A stretch of DNA of 64,000 nt from Acidimicrobiia bacterium (lineage in GTDB: Bacteria; Actinomycetota; Acidimicrobiia; Spongiisociales; ZC4RG35). The position numbers and the translations under genes are program-made. Below are positions 1 to 10,151 of the stretch, piece by piece (position 1 is the first letter of the stretch; every line of letters starts with the position of its first letter). A model generated the notes under the pieces. That model did not search any database. It had not been told where the DNA came from and was given only the letters and a program-made list of their open reading frames with translations. The stretch lies in the NCBI GenBank assembly GCA_028285585.1, contig JANQOU010000008.1, positions 116,298 to 180,297 on the forward strand, read 5' to 3'.

Positions 1-1972
1 GACCCTGAGTCGCAGCGCCGAGGTCTTGCCCTTCCACGAGAGCGGGGTTGATCGCGAACCCCACATCACCAACGGTGGCCAGATGGTTGACGTTGACGTA
101 GCCCGTATCCGGGTCGATCGAGACCTTCACACCCACAGCCCCAACCTCCCAGAAAGGAGGCAGCAGCTCGAGCTCACCTGCTCGTCTCACCAGGCCAACA
201 CCGGTGACTTCACCGGATCCGGCACCGAACCACTCCCGAATCACCTGGTCGTACGGCCAACTCCCAGTACCCGGAACCAGGATCATCCCTTCAGCAGACT
301 TGACCTCCGCCGCAGCCACTCCTGCGTTCTCGGCGGCCATCTCCTCGAGCTTGCTCAAGGCATCACGACAAGCTCTCATGATCGCCAGGCCGACCAGAAC
401 CGTTGTGCGAGAAGCTCCCGTAGTGCGTTCATATGGCGACGAGCCGGTGTCGGACTGAACCACCTTCACTCTCGCGATGTCGACACCCAGCTCTTGGGCA
501 GCGATCTGCGCCAGGACCGTGCGACTTCCCTGACCCATCTCCGTCGATCCACTCATCACCAAAACCGAGCCGTCGAAGAGGACTCTCACCTGTGCCGTTG
601 ACACCGGATATGCCCCGGCATCCGAGGCCGACACTCCGACGCCGGTTCCAGTGAACTCAGAATCCGGGGTATCCCATTCCAGCGCTTCGGAAACCATGTC
701 GAGATCCGAAGCGAGATCGGCATCGAGCCCTCGCTTGCCCGGAAGAATGGTGCCGCCGGGTGCAACCAGGTTCAGCTTCCTCAATTCGATCGGATCGATA
801 CCGAGTTTCTCCGCCGCCTGATCGAGGTTCATCTCGCCGGCCAGATTTCCTTGTGGCGCACCAAAGCCGCGATAGGACGAAGACGAGACCGTGTTGGTGA
901 AGACAGCACGACCCCTCACTCGTAGATTCGGGATGTTGTACGGGCCGAAGCAGCGGTTTGCACACTTGGCGAGAACCAATGTGCCGTTGTCGGTGTACGC
1001 CCCAGTGTCCATCACGATGTCGAAGTCACGAGCAGTGATGCGTCCTTCGGCATCGAAGGCCGAGCGCACGGTGATCACCGCTGAATCAGCCCTCGTCGTG
1101 AATATCGCCTCTTCGGCGTTGAGCGCGACCTTCACCGGGCGTCCGGTTGCCCATGCTCCAACAGCAGCCAGCGGCTCGACTTTGGTGTAGGACTTGGATC
1201 CGTAGCCACCCCCGAGAAGGGGTGATCGGACCCTGACCCGGCTGAGAGGCTCGCCAAAGATCCTTGCCAGGTCATCACGCACCATGAAAGGGTGTTGGGC
1301 GGTAGTGACCACATCGACGCCATCGTCGGTGACGCTTGCGAGGGCGTTGTAGGGCTCCATCGCGTATGCGTAGAGCTTGGGATATTGAGCAGTCGTCTCG
1401 ACGGTTGCCGCGGCCTCAGCGAAGGCAGATTCGACGTCTCCCCAACCGAGACTTACCTCGTGAGCGACGTTGTCCTCTCGTTCGTCCGTTATGGCCTCTT
1501 CGAACGCAGCGTCTCCAACGGGATAGGCGGTGGGATGGATGAGCGGTGCGTCGGGTTCCATTGCAGAAGCGACGTCTGCCAGCACTGGCAGATCGGTGTA
1601 CCGAACCACGACTGCGTCGGCTCCATCATGAGCGGCGTGGATGGTTTCGGCGACCACCAGGGCCACCGGCTCACCCATGTAGTTCGTCTTTTCGATCGCC
1701 ATGATCGGGTGATCAGCCACCAGATGGCCGTATCTCGGGAAGAGATCTGCGAGATCTTCCGAGGTCAGCACCGCGACGACTCCGGGCACCGCTAGCGCAT
1801 CGTCAGTGCCGATGCCATCGATGGCGGCATGGGCACGGGTGGAACGCACAGCAACACCGTGCAGCATGTCCGGCACTACGTGGTCCACTGCGTACCTTGC
1901 GGCACCGGTGACCTTGGATCTGCCGTCGGAACGTGGAAGCGAAGCGCCGATCGACTCGGACTGGCTATTCAC
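1..1972 (-). CDS. Molybdopterin-binding large subunit of a xanthine dehydrogenase / aldehyde oxidase / CoxL-family enzyme (partial; C-terminus lies beyond window start)
   Basis: Absent from ORF track: GTG start at 1972-1970 overlaps the TAG of the upstream gene and there is no stop before position 1. Hand translation of minus strand: VNSQSESIGASLPRSDGRSKVTGAARYAVDH...AYAMEPYNA...SYRGFGAPQG...GSTEMGQGSRT, typical family blocks. The + strand ORFs listed here are shadow ORFs. Confidence 0.85.
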   Translation of the reverse strand, partial: MNSQSESIGASLPRSDGRSKVTGAARYAVDHVVPDMLHGVAVRSTRAHAAIDGIGTDDALAVPGVVAVLTSEDLADLFPRYGHLVADHPIMAIEKTNYMGEPVALVVAETIHAAHDGADAVVVRYTDLPVLADVASAMEPDAPLIHPTAYPVGDAAFEEAITDEREDNVAHEVSLGWGDVESAFAEAAATVETTAQYPKLYAYAMEPYNALASVTDDGVDVVTTAQHPFMVRDDLARIFGEPLSRVRVRSPLLGGGYGSKSYTKVEPLAAVGAWATGRPVKVALNAEEAIFTTRADSAVITVRSAFDAEGRITARDFDIVMDTGAYTDNGTLVLAKCANRCFGPYNIPNLRVRGRAVFTNTVSSSSYRGFGAPQGNLAGEMNLDQAAEKLGIDPIELRKLNLVAPGGTILPGKRGLDADLASDLDMVSEALEWDTPDSEFTGTGVGVSASDAGAYPVSTAQVRVLFDGSVLVMSGSTEMGQGSRTVLAQIAAQELGVDIARVKVVQSDTGSSPYERTTGASRTTVLVGLAIMRACRDALSKLEEMAAENAGVAAAEVKSAEGMILVPGTGSWPYDQVIREWFGAGSGEVTGVGLVRRAGELELLPPFWEVGAVGVKVSIDPDTGYVNVNHLATVGDVGFAINPALVEGQDLGAATQG

Positions 1973-2441
1973 CGTCTGCCCTCTCTGCAGCCAGCTGCAC
2001 CGCCTCGATGATGGGTCGATAGCCGGTGCACCGGCAGATGTTTCCTTCCAGGTAGTGGGTGATCTCTTCGCTAGTTGGATGAGGGTTGCTCTCGAGAAGA
2101 GCGGTCGCCATCACCAAGAAGCCAGACGTGCAAAATCCACACTGGGCAGCGAATCTGTCGAGGAAAGCCTGTTGCAAGGCACTCAACTCATCACCGTCGG
2201 CCAGCCCTTCCACAGTCACCACGCTCTTGTTGTCCAGATCACTGGCCAGAGCAGTGCAGGCACTGACCGGCACACCGTCGACGAGGATGGAGCAGACACC
2301 GCACACCTCCATCTCACAGCTGGTTTTGGTACCGGTCAGTCCAAGCTCGTCGCGGATGAACTCGGCAGCGGTCCACCGAGACTGCACGGAACCGCTATAT
2401 GCGTAGCCGTTGACAACGGTGTTGATCTCAACTCTTGCCAT
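1965..2441 (-). CDS. (2Fe-2S)-binding small subunit of the molybdoenzyme
   Basis: Cysteine blocks CEMEVCGVCS and CGFCTSG...CRCTGY typical of CoxS/XDH small subunits; coupled to neighbours by overlapping start/stop. Confidence 0.9.
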   Translation of the reverse strand: MARVEINTVVNGYAYSGSVQSRWTAAEFIRDELGLTGTKTSCEMEVCGVCSILVDGVPVSACTALASDLDNKSVVTVEGLADGDELSALQQAFLDRFAAQCGFCTSGFLVMATALLESNPHPTSEEITHYLEGNICRCTGYRPIIEAVQLAAERADGE

Positions 2442-3241
2442 CAGTTGCGCTCAGCCAGTTGTGTCAATGCCCGCTCGATGGTGACGCCGGTGACTTGCCG
2501 CTTGTAACGAGCCGATCCCGAGATATCGGGTATGGGCTCGACCAACGAAGCCAGCTCGCGGGAGTCGACCGGATCGCCGCGCCTGACCTCTGTCACGAGG
2601 GTTCGCTCGCCGACCGCTCCGACCACAACCCGTCTAGAACCATCACTCATGTCAAGTGCGGCCACTCCCACGGTTGGTCTCTCCATGGTCTGGTACTTGA
2701 CATATGTCGCCTGCTCCACCCTGTCGATTGGGATCCTGATCTCGGTGAGGACTTCGTCTGGTTCTCGTGCGGAGAAGTAAGGACCGAGAATCAGATCGTC
2801 GAGATCGAGCTGCCTCGAACCGCGTGAAGAAACCAGGACCACCTGAGCATCGAGGGCTCGCAGGATCGTGATCACATCAGACTTGGGCTCGGCGAACACC
2901 AGATTGCCTGCCAGGGTCCCGCTGGCGCGAATTCGTGGATTCCCGACCTGGTGGAGCACCTCGGGCAGGATCGGCAGCCGCTCTTTGATCAGAGGATCCA
3001 CGGCCGCTTGGTGGTGGGTGACGCCACCTCCGATCACCAGTGTCCCGGAATCGAGCGAGATGCCGGCCAAGGTCGGTATCCGCTTCAGGTCGACCAGTAC
3101 CTCCGGCCGGATCACACGCATTCTCATAGCAAGCAGCAGCTCGGTTCCGCCACCGAGCGGCATGCTGTCGATCGACAGCTCAGCCAAGGCGTCGTCCAGC
3201 GTCTCCGCTCGGACCAGGTCGAATGCCGGAAGGACGCTCAT
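2441..3241 (-). CDS. FAD-binding (CoxM/XdhB-like) medium subunit
   Basis: PCMH-type FAD-binding signature (PLGGGTELL...), size and position between CoxG-like and 2Fe-2S subunits. Confidence 0.85.
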   Translation of the reverse strand: MSVLPAFDLVRAETLDDALAELSIDSMPLGGGTELLLAMRMRVIRPEVLVDLKRIPTLAGISLDSGTLVIGGGVTHHQAAVDPLIKERLPILPEVLHQVGNPRIRASGTLAGNLVFAEPKSDVITILRALDAQVVLVSSRGSRQLDLDDLILGPYFSAREPDEVLTEIRIPIDRVEQATYVKYQTMERPTVGVAALDMSDGSRRVVVGAVGERTLVTEVRRGDPVDSRELASLVEPIPDISGSARYKRQVTGVTIERALTQLAERN

Positions 3242-3690
3242 CCCAGATCGTGTCGCGCCGCCTCGGCGAACTCCTCCAGGAGCTTGGTTGCCTTCTGTCT
3301 GATCGTTGAGCTGCCCATCGTGGCGATGCGGCCGGTCACCTCGTAGTCGCCACGAATGTTGACCACGCTGCCGTCACCCGTCGGATCGATACTCAACGTT
3401 GCATCCACAGTGATCCTCGAACCTACCTGCCGGTCCTCGCCATCAGCCCGGATCGTGATGCTCCGCGGGCTCTCGAGATCGGTCACCAGAACGTCCAGAT
3501 CTGCCTTGAGGGTGAATGGTCCCATGCGATCTGCGAGTACAGCCGAATACCGGGCCAGATGTTCGACTTCCCGCACGTCACCCACTACGGATATCCACCC
3601 GGAGATCCGGTCGACGTCGGTGAGCACACCCCAGCACTGGTCACCAGAGCTCCCCACTGTCAAGGACTCCTCAAACCGCTCTGCTACCAC
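3238..3690 (-). CDS. SRPBCC / CoxG-family subunit
   Basis: 150 aa, first gene of the operon, sequence character of carbon monoxide dehydrogenase subunit G-like proteins; 4-nt overlap with next gene. Confidence 0.7.
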   Translation of the reverse strand: MVAERFEESLTVGSSGDQCWGVLTDVDRISGWISVVGDVREVEHLARYSAVLADRMGPFTLKADLDVLVTDLESPRSITIRADGEDRQVGSRITVDATLSIDPTGDGSVVNIRGDYEVTGRIATMGSSTIRQKATKLLEEFAEAARHDLG

Positions 3691-3713
3691 TTCACCTCAT
3701 GTTCTGGGATCTT

Positions 3714-3726
3714 GCATACTGTATTC
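3714..3726. promoter_or_regulatory. Operator-like site GCATACTGTATTC (GTATAC-type motif, copy 1)
   Basis: In divergent intergenic region between coxG-like gene (start 3690) and gntR (start 3836); matches 13-nt motif repeated at five other intergenic sites. Confidence 0.5.
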
Positions 3727-3786
3727 CGTCGCCAGAGTGATGTCGAACACACGGATCACAAGGCTGGGAGCAGATTGACTATCCAC

Positions 3787-3799
3787 GTATACTGCATGC
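3787..3799. promoter_or_regulatory. Operator-like site GTATACTGCATGC (copy 2)
   Basis: Same intergenic region, 37 nt upstream of gntR start. Confidence 0.5.
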
Positions 3800-3835
3800 A
3801 GACAATTCGCCGTCCCGCAACGAAAGCCAGAGTTC

Positions 3836-4528
3836 ATGAGTCAACGTGCCGCATCGTCGATGGAAGAGATAGTCCCAGTTGACCAGCAACTCGAACGCGC
3901 CCTGACCGTCACCGCCGAGGAAGCCGTCACTGCATCTTTGCGACGTGCCATCCGTGAGGGAGTTCTGGTGCCGGGTGAGCGACTCACGCAGTCCGAGATT
4001 GCCAGCCAACTAGGGGTGAGTCGCATTCCTCTTCGAGACGCCCTTCGTCGGCTGGAGGCTGAGTCTCTGGTCGAAATCGACGGCCACAAGGGAGCGAGGG
4101 TCACCGTATTGACCGTCGACGACATCGCTGAGCTGTATGAGATGAGGATTGCCCTCGAGGGTCTGTGCATGAAGTACGCGGTCACCAATCTCTCCGATGA
4201 GACCGCCGAACGACTGGCCAATCTCTCAACGTCGAGTGATGACGACTCACTGAGCCCCCGTGAAGCATTCAATCGACGACGCAGCTTCTACGACGAGCTC
4301 TACAGTCACGCTGGGCGGCCCCGAATGCACCGCACCATCATGCAGCTTCGAGACAACGTCGATCGGTACCACCTCCTCCGAGACCGCGAACATGCTCACA
4401 TGGCTCATCAGGAGTTATCTGAAGCGATCAGCGAACGCGATGGCGACCGGGCCTCCCGGGTATTGGTCGATCACATCTCTGAGTCGCGCGACGATCTGAT
4501 GGCGGAGCTGACCGCTGACGTCCAGTAA
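3836..4528 (+). CDS. GntR-family transcriptional regulator (FadR/FCD subfamily)
   Basis: N-terminal wHTH (LTQSEIASQLGVSRIPLRDALRRLEAESLV) plus helical FCD-like C-domain. Confidence 0.9.
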   Translation: MSQRAASSMEEIVPVDQQLERALTVTAEEAVTASLRRAIREGVLVPGERLTQSEIASQLGVSRIPLRDALRRLEAESLVEIDGHKGARVTVLTVDDIAELYEMRIALEGLCMKYAVTNLSDETAERLANLSTSSDDDSLSPREAFNRRRSFYDELYSHAGRPRMHRTIMQLRDNVDRYHLLRDREHAHMAHQELSEAISERDGDRASRVLVDHISESRDDLMAELTADVQ

Positions 4529-4666
4529 CACACTCACAACTCGACTCCAGGCCTCGTCGTGTGACTACACGAGCCATCCACATTGCTAGGCAGGCCCGTT
4601 GGCAGTTGCGCAAGAGTCGCTCCAGGGCAGGATTGATGCGGTGAAGATATTGCTGCAAGGGTATCT

Positions 4667-4679
4667 GTATACAGTATGC
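4667..4679. promoter_or_regulatory. Operator-like site GTATACAGTATGC (copy 3)
   Basis: About 30 nt upstream of the hydrolase start codon. Confidence 0.5.
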
Positions 4680-4709
4680 TGAATTGGACACCCCAAGAGA
4701 CATGAGGAT

Positions 4710-5624
4710 GTGATGAAAGAGAGCTTGGTCAGCTTCTTCAGTGAAGGTGAGTCGATAAGCGGCATCCTCAGGCTGCCGGACCAGGGCGAGGGCCCCTACC
4801 GGGGCATCGTGCAAGGCCCGGGATGGATGGGGCTCAAAGACGCCAAGTTGTACCTCCGCTATCACGAGGCTCTCACGGCTGCCGGCTTTGCAGTTCTCAT
4901 CTTCGACTATCGCGGCTTTGGCGACAGTGGAGGTCGGACCGATCTGTTGCTTCCGTCGATGCAACTCGAAGACCTGATCAACGCCGTCACCTACCTGAGT
5001 GGCCGCGACGACATCGACCCAGACAACATTGGAGTCTTCGGCTCTGGTGGCACAGGAGGCGGCAACGCGATCCTGTTGGCAGCACACGACCCCCGGGTCG
5101 GATGCGTCGTCTCTCAAGTACCCGTGGCCGACGGCGAGGATTGGCTCCACCGCATGCGCAGCGAGCACGAGTGGCTGTCATTCTTGGAGCGTCTCGAATC
5201 AGACCGAGCGAAGCGCGTTCAGACCGGTGAGAGTGAGATGGTGCACCCACGTGAGGAGATCATGGTGCCAACGCCCGAGAGACGGGCTGCCAACGTCAAG
5301 AAAGACGTCGATTCACGAACACCAACCTCGGTTCAACTGAGATCGGCCGAAGCCATCATCGCCTACAAGCCGATCAACGTGGTCGATCAGATCGCTCCGA
5401 GGGCTGTCTTGGTGATCGGCGTCGAAAACGACGCTGTCACGCCGACCGACCACGCCATCCAGTTGTATGAACGCGCTGGTGCACCGAAGCAGCTCATCCT
5501 CCAGCGTCACACAACCCACTACGCCGCCTACGAGCAGTACGGCGACGAGGTCGTGCCCAGCATCGTCGAATGGTTCGACCAACACCTCACCAACGGCTCC
5601 CTCGATATCAGGGAGACCTCCTAG
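4710..5624 (+). CDS. Alpha/beta-fold hydrolase
   Basis: Length and motifs of dienelactone-hydrolase/S15-like alpha/beta hydrolases (GWMGLKD..., FDYRGFGDSGG, GVFGSGGTGG). GTG 4710 or ATG 4713, AGGA upstream. Confidence 0.65.
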   Translation: MMKESLVSFFSEGESISGILRLPDQGEGPYRGIVQGPGWMGLKDAKLYLRYHEALTAAGFAVLIFDYRGFGDSGGRTDLLLPSMQLEDLINAVTYLSGRDDIDPDNIGVFGSGGTGGGNAILLAAHDPRVGCVVSQVPVADGEDWLHRMRSEHEWLSFLERLESDRAKRVQTGESEMVHPREEIMVPTPERRAANVKKDVDSRTPTSVQLRSAEAIIAYKPINVVDQIAPRAVLVIGVENDAVTPTDHAIQLYERAGAPKQLILQRHTTHYAAYEQYGDEVVPSIVEWFDQHLTNGSLDIRETS

Positions 5625-5629
5625 CCGGC

Positions 5630-6919
5630 CTACTCGGGCACTAGACCGCCACAGATGTCCAACGCGGTCAATGCGTAGATCTTCGCCCCGTCTACGAAGT
5701 CGTTCACATCGATGAAGCCAGTTCCTTGAACCGCCGCTCGACCACGGCTGGGCCCGAAGGTCAAAGAGGGGATGCCGACACGGTTGTAGACGTTGGTGTC
5801 ACGCCACATTCCGACCACAGCGTCTTCGGCGAACTCGGGCATGTCGTTCCCTCGCACCTCGCGGTGGGCCGTCCGGATCGAGCCCAGAAGCGGGTCTATG
5901 GCCTCCCGTGAGGCTTCGTAGCCGGCCTTGTGCATGATCAGCTCGACTTCCACCTCGAGACCACTGCCTTTGATCGCATTCGTCAGTGATCTCGTGACCG
6001 AACTGACGTCTTCACCAGGAAGCGTTCGCACATCGACGTATAGCGCTGCGTAGGTAGCGGACCGATTGGGTCGCCAGGGGATCCCGCCTCGGATAGCTCC
6101 CACCTGTGCTTTGGGCCGCATCATCCCGCATTCCGTCTGACGAGTCCGCTCCTGCTCAAAGGCAACGGCCCATGTCTCGATGAGCTCAACGACACTCGCG
6201 GCCCTGACGATGGCGCTGGGCTGTTCAGCAAGACTGTCGCCCCTGATCAGCCGAGGGGTGTACATGTTCCGGCCCCGCAACGTGATCTTGTAGTAGGCAG
6301 CACCACATTGAATCCATGACGCGGCGAAGTCGGTGGTTTCGGCAATGACTGCGTAGTCGGCCCGATACCCGTGGTCGACGAGATAAGTAGTCCCGAAGCC
6401 TTTGCCCTCGTAGCGAAGCCCTCGGTACTCGTCCACCGGAGCCGCGCCGGTCTCCCCCACCGCTGACTTGAGGAGCAAGTCCCCTTTCAGTTTGATCCCG
6501 GACTCGACGATGGCGCGACCGGCGATCATCTGCATGGCCATACAGCCACGGTCGTTCTGCACTGTGTGCCCGTAGATGAGGTCACCCTCCCGTCGAGCTC
6601 CGACGATGTTCGGGTCCGGTGCGTCCATCAAAGTGTCAAAGTCGGGGCCAGAGGCTTCAGTGTCGAGGTGAGCGTTGTATATGAGGGACTGCCCCGACCC
6701 GTCACCTGCGACCCGGCCGACCACACAAGCTCGGTCCTCGATGATCTCGACGAAGTCCGACTCCATGCCGTTACTCGAGTACCAGTCGTGAACCACGGAG
6801 GCCGTAGCTGCCTCATGCCCGAACGGACCGTAGGTGTTCCCAAGCAGGAGCATCAGCTCGGCAAGTTCCTCCTTGGCCGATTCGATTGAATCGAGAATGG
6901 AGGCGACCCGACGGCTCAT
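5630..6919 (-). CDS. M20-family metallopeptidase / amidohydrolase (ArgE/DapE-like)
   Basis: 429 aa with M20 blocks (YNAHLDTE..., GRGCMAMQ-type region, dimerisation insert). Confidence 0.75.
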   Translation of the reverse strand: MSRRVASILDSIESAKEELAELMLLLGNTYGPFGHEAATASVVHDWYSSNGMESDFVEIIEDRACVVGRVAGDGSGQSLIYNAHLDTEASGPDFDTLMDAPDPNIVGARREGDLIYGHTVQNDRGCMAMQMIAGRAIVESGIKLKGDLLLKSAVGETGAAPVDEYRGLRYEGKGFGTTYLVDHGYRADYAVIAETTDFAASWIQCGAAYYKITLRGRNMYTPRLIRGDSLAEQPSAIVRAASVVELIETWAVAFEQERTRQTECGMMRPKAQVGAIRGGIPWRPNRSATYAALYVDVRTLPGEDVSSVTRSLTNAIKGSGLEVEVELIMHKAGYEASREAIDPLLGSIRTAHREVRGNDMPEFAEDAVVGMWRDTNVYNRVGIPSLTFGPSRGRAAVQGTGFIDVNDFVDGAKIYALTALDICGGLVPE

Positions 6920-7857
6920 TGGACGAACGCCAGACGGTCACGCTGAGAAAGGACACGCTCCAGGTCCGCGCAGGTCAGCGGATCGTCTATCGAATGGTCG
7001 GAGTCTCGGGTAATCAACGCGTCGAAGACGAACTTCCGGACATCACGCCCGCTGAGACCGACAAGACCGCCGGCCAGACGCGACCGATCGTCAGCCGACA
7101 CGTTGGCCGAGATCTCTGTCAACGAGTCTTCCAGTATCGACTCGATCGTCGAGTGGTCCGGCAGCCCAAGATCGACGATGACATCGAGACGGCTCATGAA
7201 TGCTTCGTCTATGGCGTTGGGAAAGTTGGAGGTAGCGAAAATGACGATCCGATCGCCCATCGCCGCCAAATGATCGAGACCGTGCAAAGCGGCTTCGGTG
7301 GCACGGGCCACATCGACGGGATCGGTCCCTGAACTGGCCAGGTCACGGGCCATCGCAATGCTCTCTACTTCATCGATGAGAACCACCAGGGGCAGCCCCT
7401 TCTCGGCAAGTTCCGGTATCGCACGTTCGAGCAGATTCAGAGTGTTTCGCTGGCTATCGCCGAGCATTTGGCTGGGCAGACTGTGGGCATTCACGTCGGC
7501 GAAGAGAACCTCCTCACCGCCCTCGCTGGCGATCTTCTGGGCGAGACCTCGAACCAAACTCGACTTTCCGGTGCCAGGCGGACCGCGCAATAGCGCTATC
7601 CCATGCACAGGTAGGCCGACGATTGAGGTATCTCCCCGCCTGTTCAGGGCGAAACGCGTGTAGTTCGCCAGGCGCTCCTTGGTCGCCTTGGCTACGTAGA
7701 TGCGGTCCCAATACTCGGACCAATCCTCTCGTGGCAGCACCAGCCAATCGATGAAGCCATATCGATCCTGACGCGACCCCGTCTCGGGGATGTCAGGCAT
7801 CAGGACGGCCTTGATCGACATCAGGCCATTCGATGCTCTCGACATTGGGAGGAGCAT
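6916..7857 (-). CDS. AAA-family ATPase
   Basis: Walker A GPPGTGKS, Walker B VVLIDEVES, sensor region SNFPNAIDEAFMSR. Start uncertain (7857, 7821 or 7800; 7800 gives only an 8-nt overlap with upstream stop). Confidence 0.8.
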   Translation of the reverse strand: MLLPMSRASNGLMSIKAVLMPDIPETGSRQDRYGFIDWLVLPREDWSEYWDRIYVAKATKERLANYTRFALNRRGDTSIVGLPVHGIALLRGPPGTGKSSLVRGLAQKIASEGGEEVLFADVNAHSLPSQMLGDSQRNTLNLLERAIPELAEKGLPLVVLIDEVESIAMARDLASSGTDPVDVARATEAALHGLDHLAAMGDRIVIFATSNFPNAIDEAFMSRLDVIVDLGLPDHSTIESILEDSLTEISANVSADDRSRLAGGLVGLSGRDVRKFVFDALITRDSDHSIDDPLTCADLERVLSQRDRLAFVQ

Positions 7858-8836
7858 CGAGCTTCTCGGGCTCCTCGAAGAGGTTCAGCGGTGCGAGCAA
7901 CGCTCCCATCGCGAAGTAGAGCGTGTCGAAGTTGTGCACTCTGATGATCGACGACACGTCGGTCTCCGATGCGTTGAAGTGCTGATGCCATGCCCAGTGA
8001 TCGACGATCACCAGGTCGCCGGCCTTCCAGTCGACGCGCTCATCGTCGATGACGCTGTAGCCCTCGCCTTTGACGCAGTACAGCCATGCCTCGCCCCCAT
8101 GCCGGTGCTTCGACTGGTATAGCCCCGGAGCCAATTGGTGCATCACCGCCGTGATTCCGCCTGTCGTGTAACCGAGCGATGAATCGACGAGGAAGCCGCT
8201 CCTGGCTCCCCGTGGGGTCACCCGGAATGGGACGTCTTCGTACGGAGTGAGGATGCGCGTCTCTGACGCGGCAGTCTGCAGGTCAGACAGCCGGCTCACA
8301 CGACGCGAATAGGGGTCCGCGCCGAGCATCTGTGCCGCTGACAGGGCCCCGCCCTGCAGGTCCTCGAATGGCGTGTCTCCGCCATCTTCGATGGTTGCGA
8401 GCCCGAGCAACTCAACCAAAGGCTGAACACTGAAGGTGACATACCTTGCGGGCGTGGGACCCGATCCGCCATGACGATGCCACTGGCCTCCCGGGAGGTA
8501 GACCGTGTCCCACGGGCGCCAGTCGTAGCGGCGACCTTGCACCTCGGTCCAGCCAGTGCCCTCGATGATGAACATGATTGCGTCCCACGAGTGCCGGTGG
8601 ATGGTGGAAACGGTGTCGGGCTCGATCGAATGCAAGTTGGCGTCGAGATTCAGACTGGGGACGTCCCCATCGGCGCTCACCATCACACCCCTCTTCATGC
8701 GCCGGGGGGTGTCGACCATCTCGACAGACTCTTCGGTGATGATGGTCCGCTGGTTGTCCTTCCAGAACTGAAGCCAGTCGGAACGGCGAAGCTTCTGCAC
8801 CTCGTAGTGCGATGTGGTCGTTCTCGTTTTCGCCAT
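7793..8836 (-). CDS. Bicupin protein (gentisate 1,2-dioxygenase-like fold)
   Basis: Two cupin motifs (HRHSWDAIMFIIEG...WHRH and HRHGGEAWLYCVKG...WHQHFN). ATG at 8836 preferred over ORF-track 8944: GGAGG 7 nt upstream and no overlap with the MFS gene. Confidence 0.75.
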   Translation of the reverse strand: MAKTRTTTSHYEVQKLRRSDWLQFWKDNQRTIITEESVEMVDTPRRMKRGVMVSADGDVPSLNLDANLHSIEPDTVSTIHRHSWDAIMFIIEGTGWTEVQGRRYDWRPWDTVYLPGGQWHRHGGSGPTPARYVTFSVQPLVELLGLATIEDGGDTPFEDLQGGALSAAQMLGADPYSRRVSRLSDLQTAASETRILTPYEDVPFRVTPRGARSGFLVDSSLGYTTGGITAVMHQLAPGLYQSKHRHGGEAWLYCVKGEGYSVIDDERVDWKAGDLVIVDHWAWHQHFNASETDVSSIIRVHNFDTLYFAMGALLAPLNLFEEPEKLDAPPNVESIEWPDVDQGRPDA

Positions 8837-8871
8837 CCCGAACCTCCAGATTTGGCGCCGTCTCGTTGACG

Positions 8872-8884
8872 GTATACCGAATAC
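8872..8884. promoter_or_regulatory. Operator-like site GTATACCGAATAC (copy 4, weaker)
   Basis: Between MFS stop (8886) and bicupin start (8836); 10 of 13 positions match the motif. Confidence 0.35.
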
Positions 8885-8885
8885 C

Positions 8886-10097
8886 TTAGTCGGAAGGGAT
8901 CCGGCTTCGAGCCCGCCAGGCCAGGGGAAGGATGACAAGGACAAAGACGGTGGGAACGAGGATGAACATCGCTTGGAATCCGACCCAGGCAGCCACGAGA
9001 CCGCCCACCGCAGGACCGGCGATCCGCCCGGCGTCGTAACCAGCGCCGATCAAGGCGGCAGTGGCGCTGGCGCTCTCCGGCTCCGAGTGCTCCATTGCCT
9101 CGGACATCGTCCCCACTCGCAGCAGTCCCCGACTTGCGCCATTGGGCACCCACAACAAGAACTGAATCGGATAGATGGGAATCGAACCGATCAGACCGGT
9201 GGTAACCGCGTTGATCAGGTAGAGGGGGATGAAAGCCACGCCGAAAGCGACCCTCGTGAAGATCGCTGATGAGAAGAACCGGATCACGGCGGAGACAGCC
9301 GAACGCGAGCTGGCCAACAGCCCGATTTGGCCAAGCCTGAATCCAAGGGAAAGACCGAGCAGCTGGAAGAACGTGTTCAAGATCGCATTTGCGGTGTTGA
9401 GGTAGAAGCCTGTCAAAGCGGCCACCCAGGCCGTGAGAGGAGCGTCCTTGAACCTGCCGAGGTCGATCTTCCGGTTCGATCGATCCTGGCCGACCGGCAC
9501 GGCCGAGTCACGCAGCAGGGCAACGCCGATCAAGGCTGCAACTCCGAAGATTGCTGCGTGAACTCTCATGCCTGTTGCCGGGCCGAGAAGGCCACCGAGC
9601 ACCCCGGCCACCGCCGGCGCAAGGGTCCTACCGATCCCTTCGACACCCACATAGAACCCGATCACCGCCGTCGCCGTACGACGTCCTCGATCTTGAAGGA
9701 CGAGTGTGAGCAGAACTGTCGAAAGGATGCCCCAGCCGATCCCGTGGATGGCCATGAGGATTGTGAACACACCTATCGACGACGTGTATGTGATCGCAAC
9801 CAAGGCCGCCGTGCTGATCAGCGCGCTGAACCCCACTGTGAGCCTGACCACCGTGGTCTGAAAGCTGATTCCGACACCCAGTCGGGAGGCCAGCGCCGCG
9901 GCACCGAAAATCGACAGAGACAACCCAATCGCGCCCACAGCGGTTCCTTGCTCGGCGAGATACACGGGGGCGAGGAATCGAGCTCCACCCTCCCCGATGC
10001 TCAACGCCAGGATCATGGCGAGGAGCAGCGCACCTAGCCGGCCAAAGCCCCGCAGTTGCTCTCGAAGCTGATCCCAGCGGGTTGCCCGATCACTCAT
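8886..10097 (-). CDS. MFS transporter
   Basis: 403 aa, about 12 hydrophobic segments, MFS loop motifs. Confidence 0.8.
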   Translation of the reverse strand: MSDRATRWDQLREQLRGFGRLGALLLAMILALSIGEGGARFLAPVYLAEQGTAVGAIGLSLSIFGAAALASRLGVGISFQTTVVRLTVGFSALISTAALVAITYTSSIGVFTILMAIHGIGWGILSTVLLTLVLQDRGRRTATAVIGFYVGVEGIGRTLAPAVAGVLGGLLGPATGMRVHAAIFGVAALIGVALLRDSAVPVGQDRSNRKIDLGRFKDAPLTAWVAALTGFYLNTANAILNTFFQLLGLSLGFRLGQIGLLASSRSAVSAVIRFFSSAIFTRVAFGVAFIPLYLINAVTTGLIGSIPIYPIQFLLWVPNGASRGLLRVGTMSEAMEHSEPESASATAALIGAGYDAGRIAGPAVGGLVAAWVGFQAMFILVPTVFVLVILPLAWRARSRIPSD

Positions 10098-10151
10098 GGC
10101 CGTCGTCGCCTATCTGGCGAGACATGAGCGGATGGTGATGAAGGCTCTATG

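Noticed and set aside
26-1795. Several + strand ORFs (up to 191 aa) covering the first 1.8 kb
   Set aside because: They are antisense or out of frame to a continuous minus-strand reading frame with clear molybdopterin-subunit homology. These are typical high-GC shadow ORFs.
1-3690. Calling the molybdoenzyme operon an aerobic CO dehydrogenase (coxSML)
   Set aside because: The large subunit shows the generic YRGFGAPQG block. I did not see the CODH active-site loop signature (AYxCSFR type). Only family-level assignment is justified.
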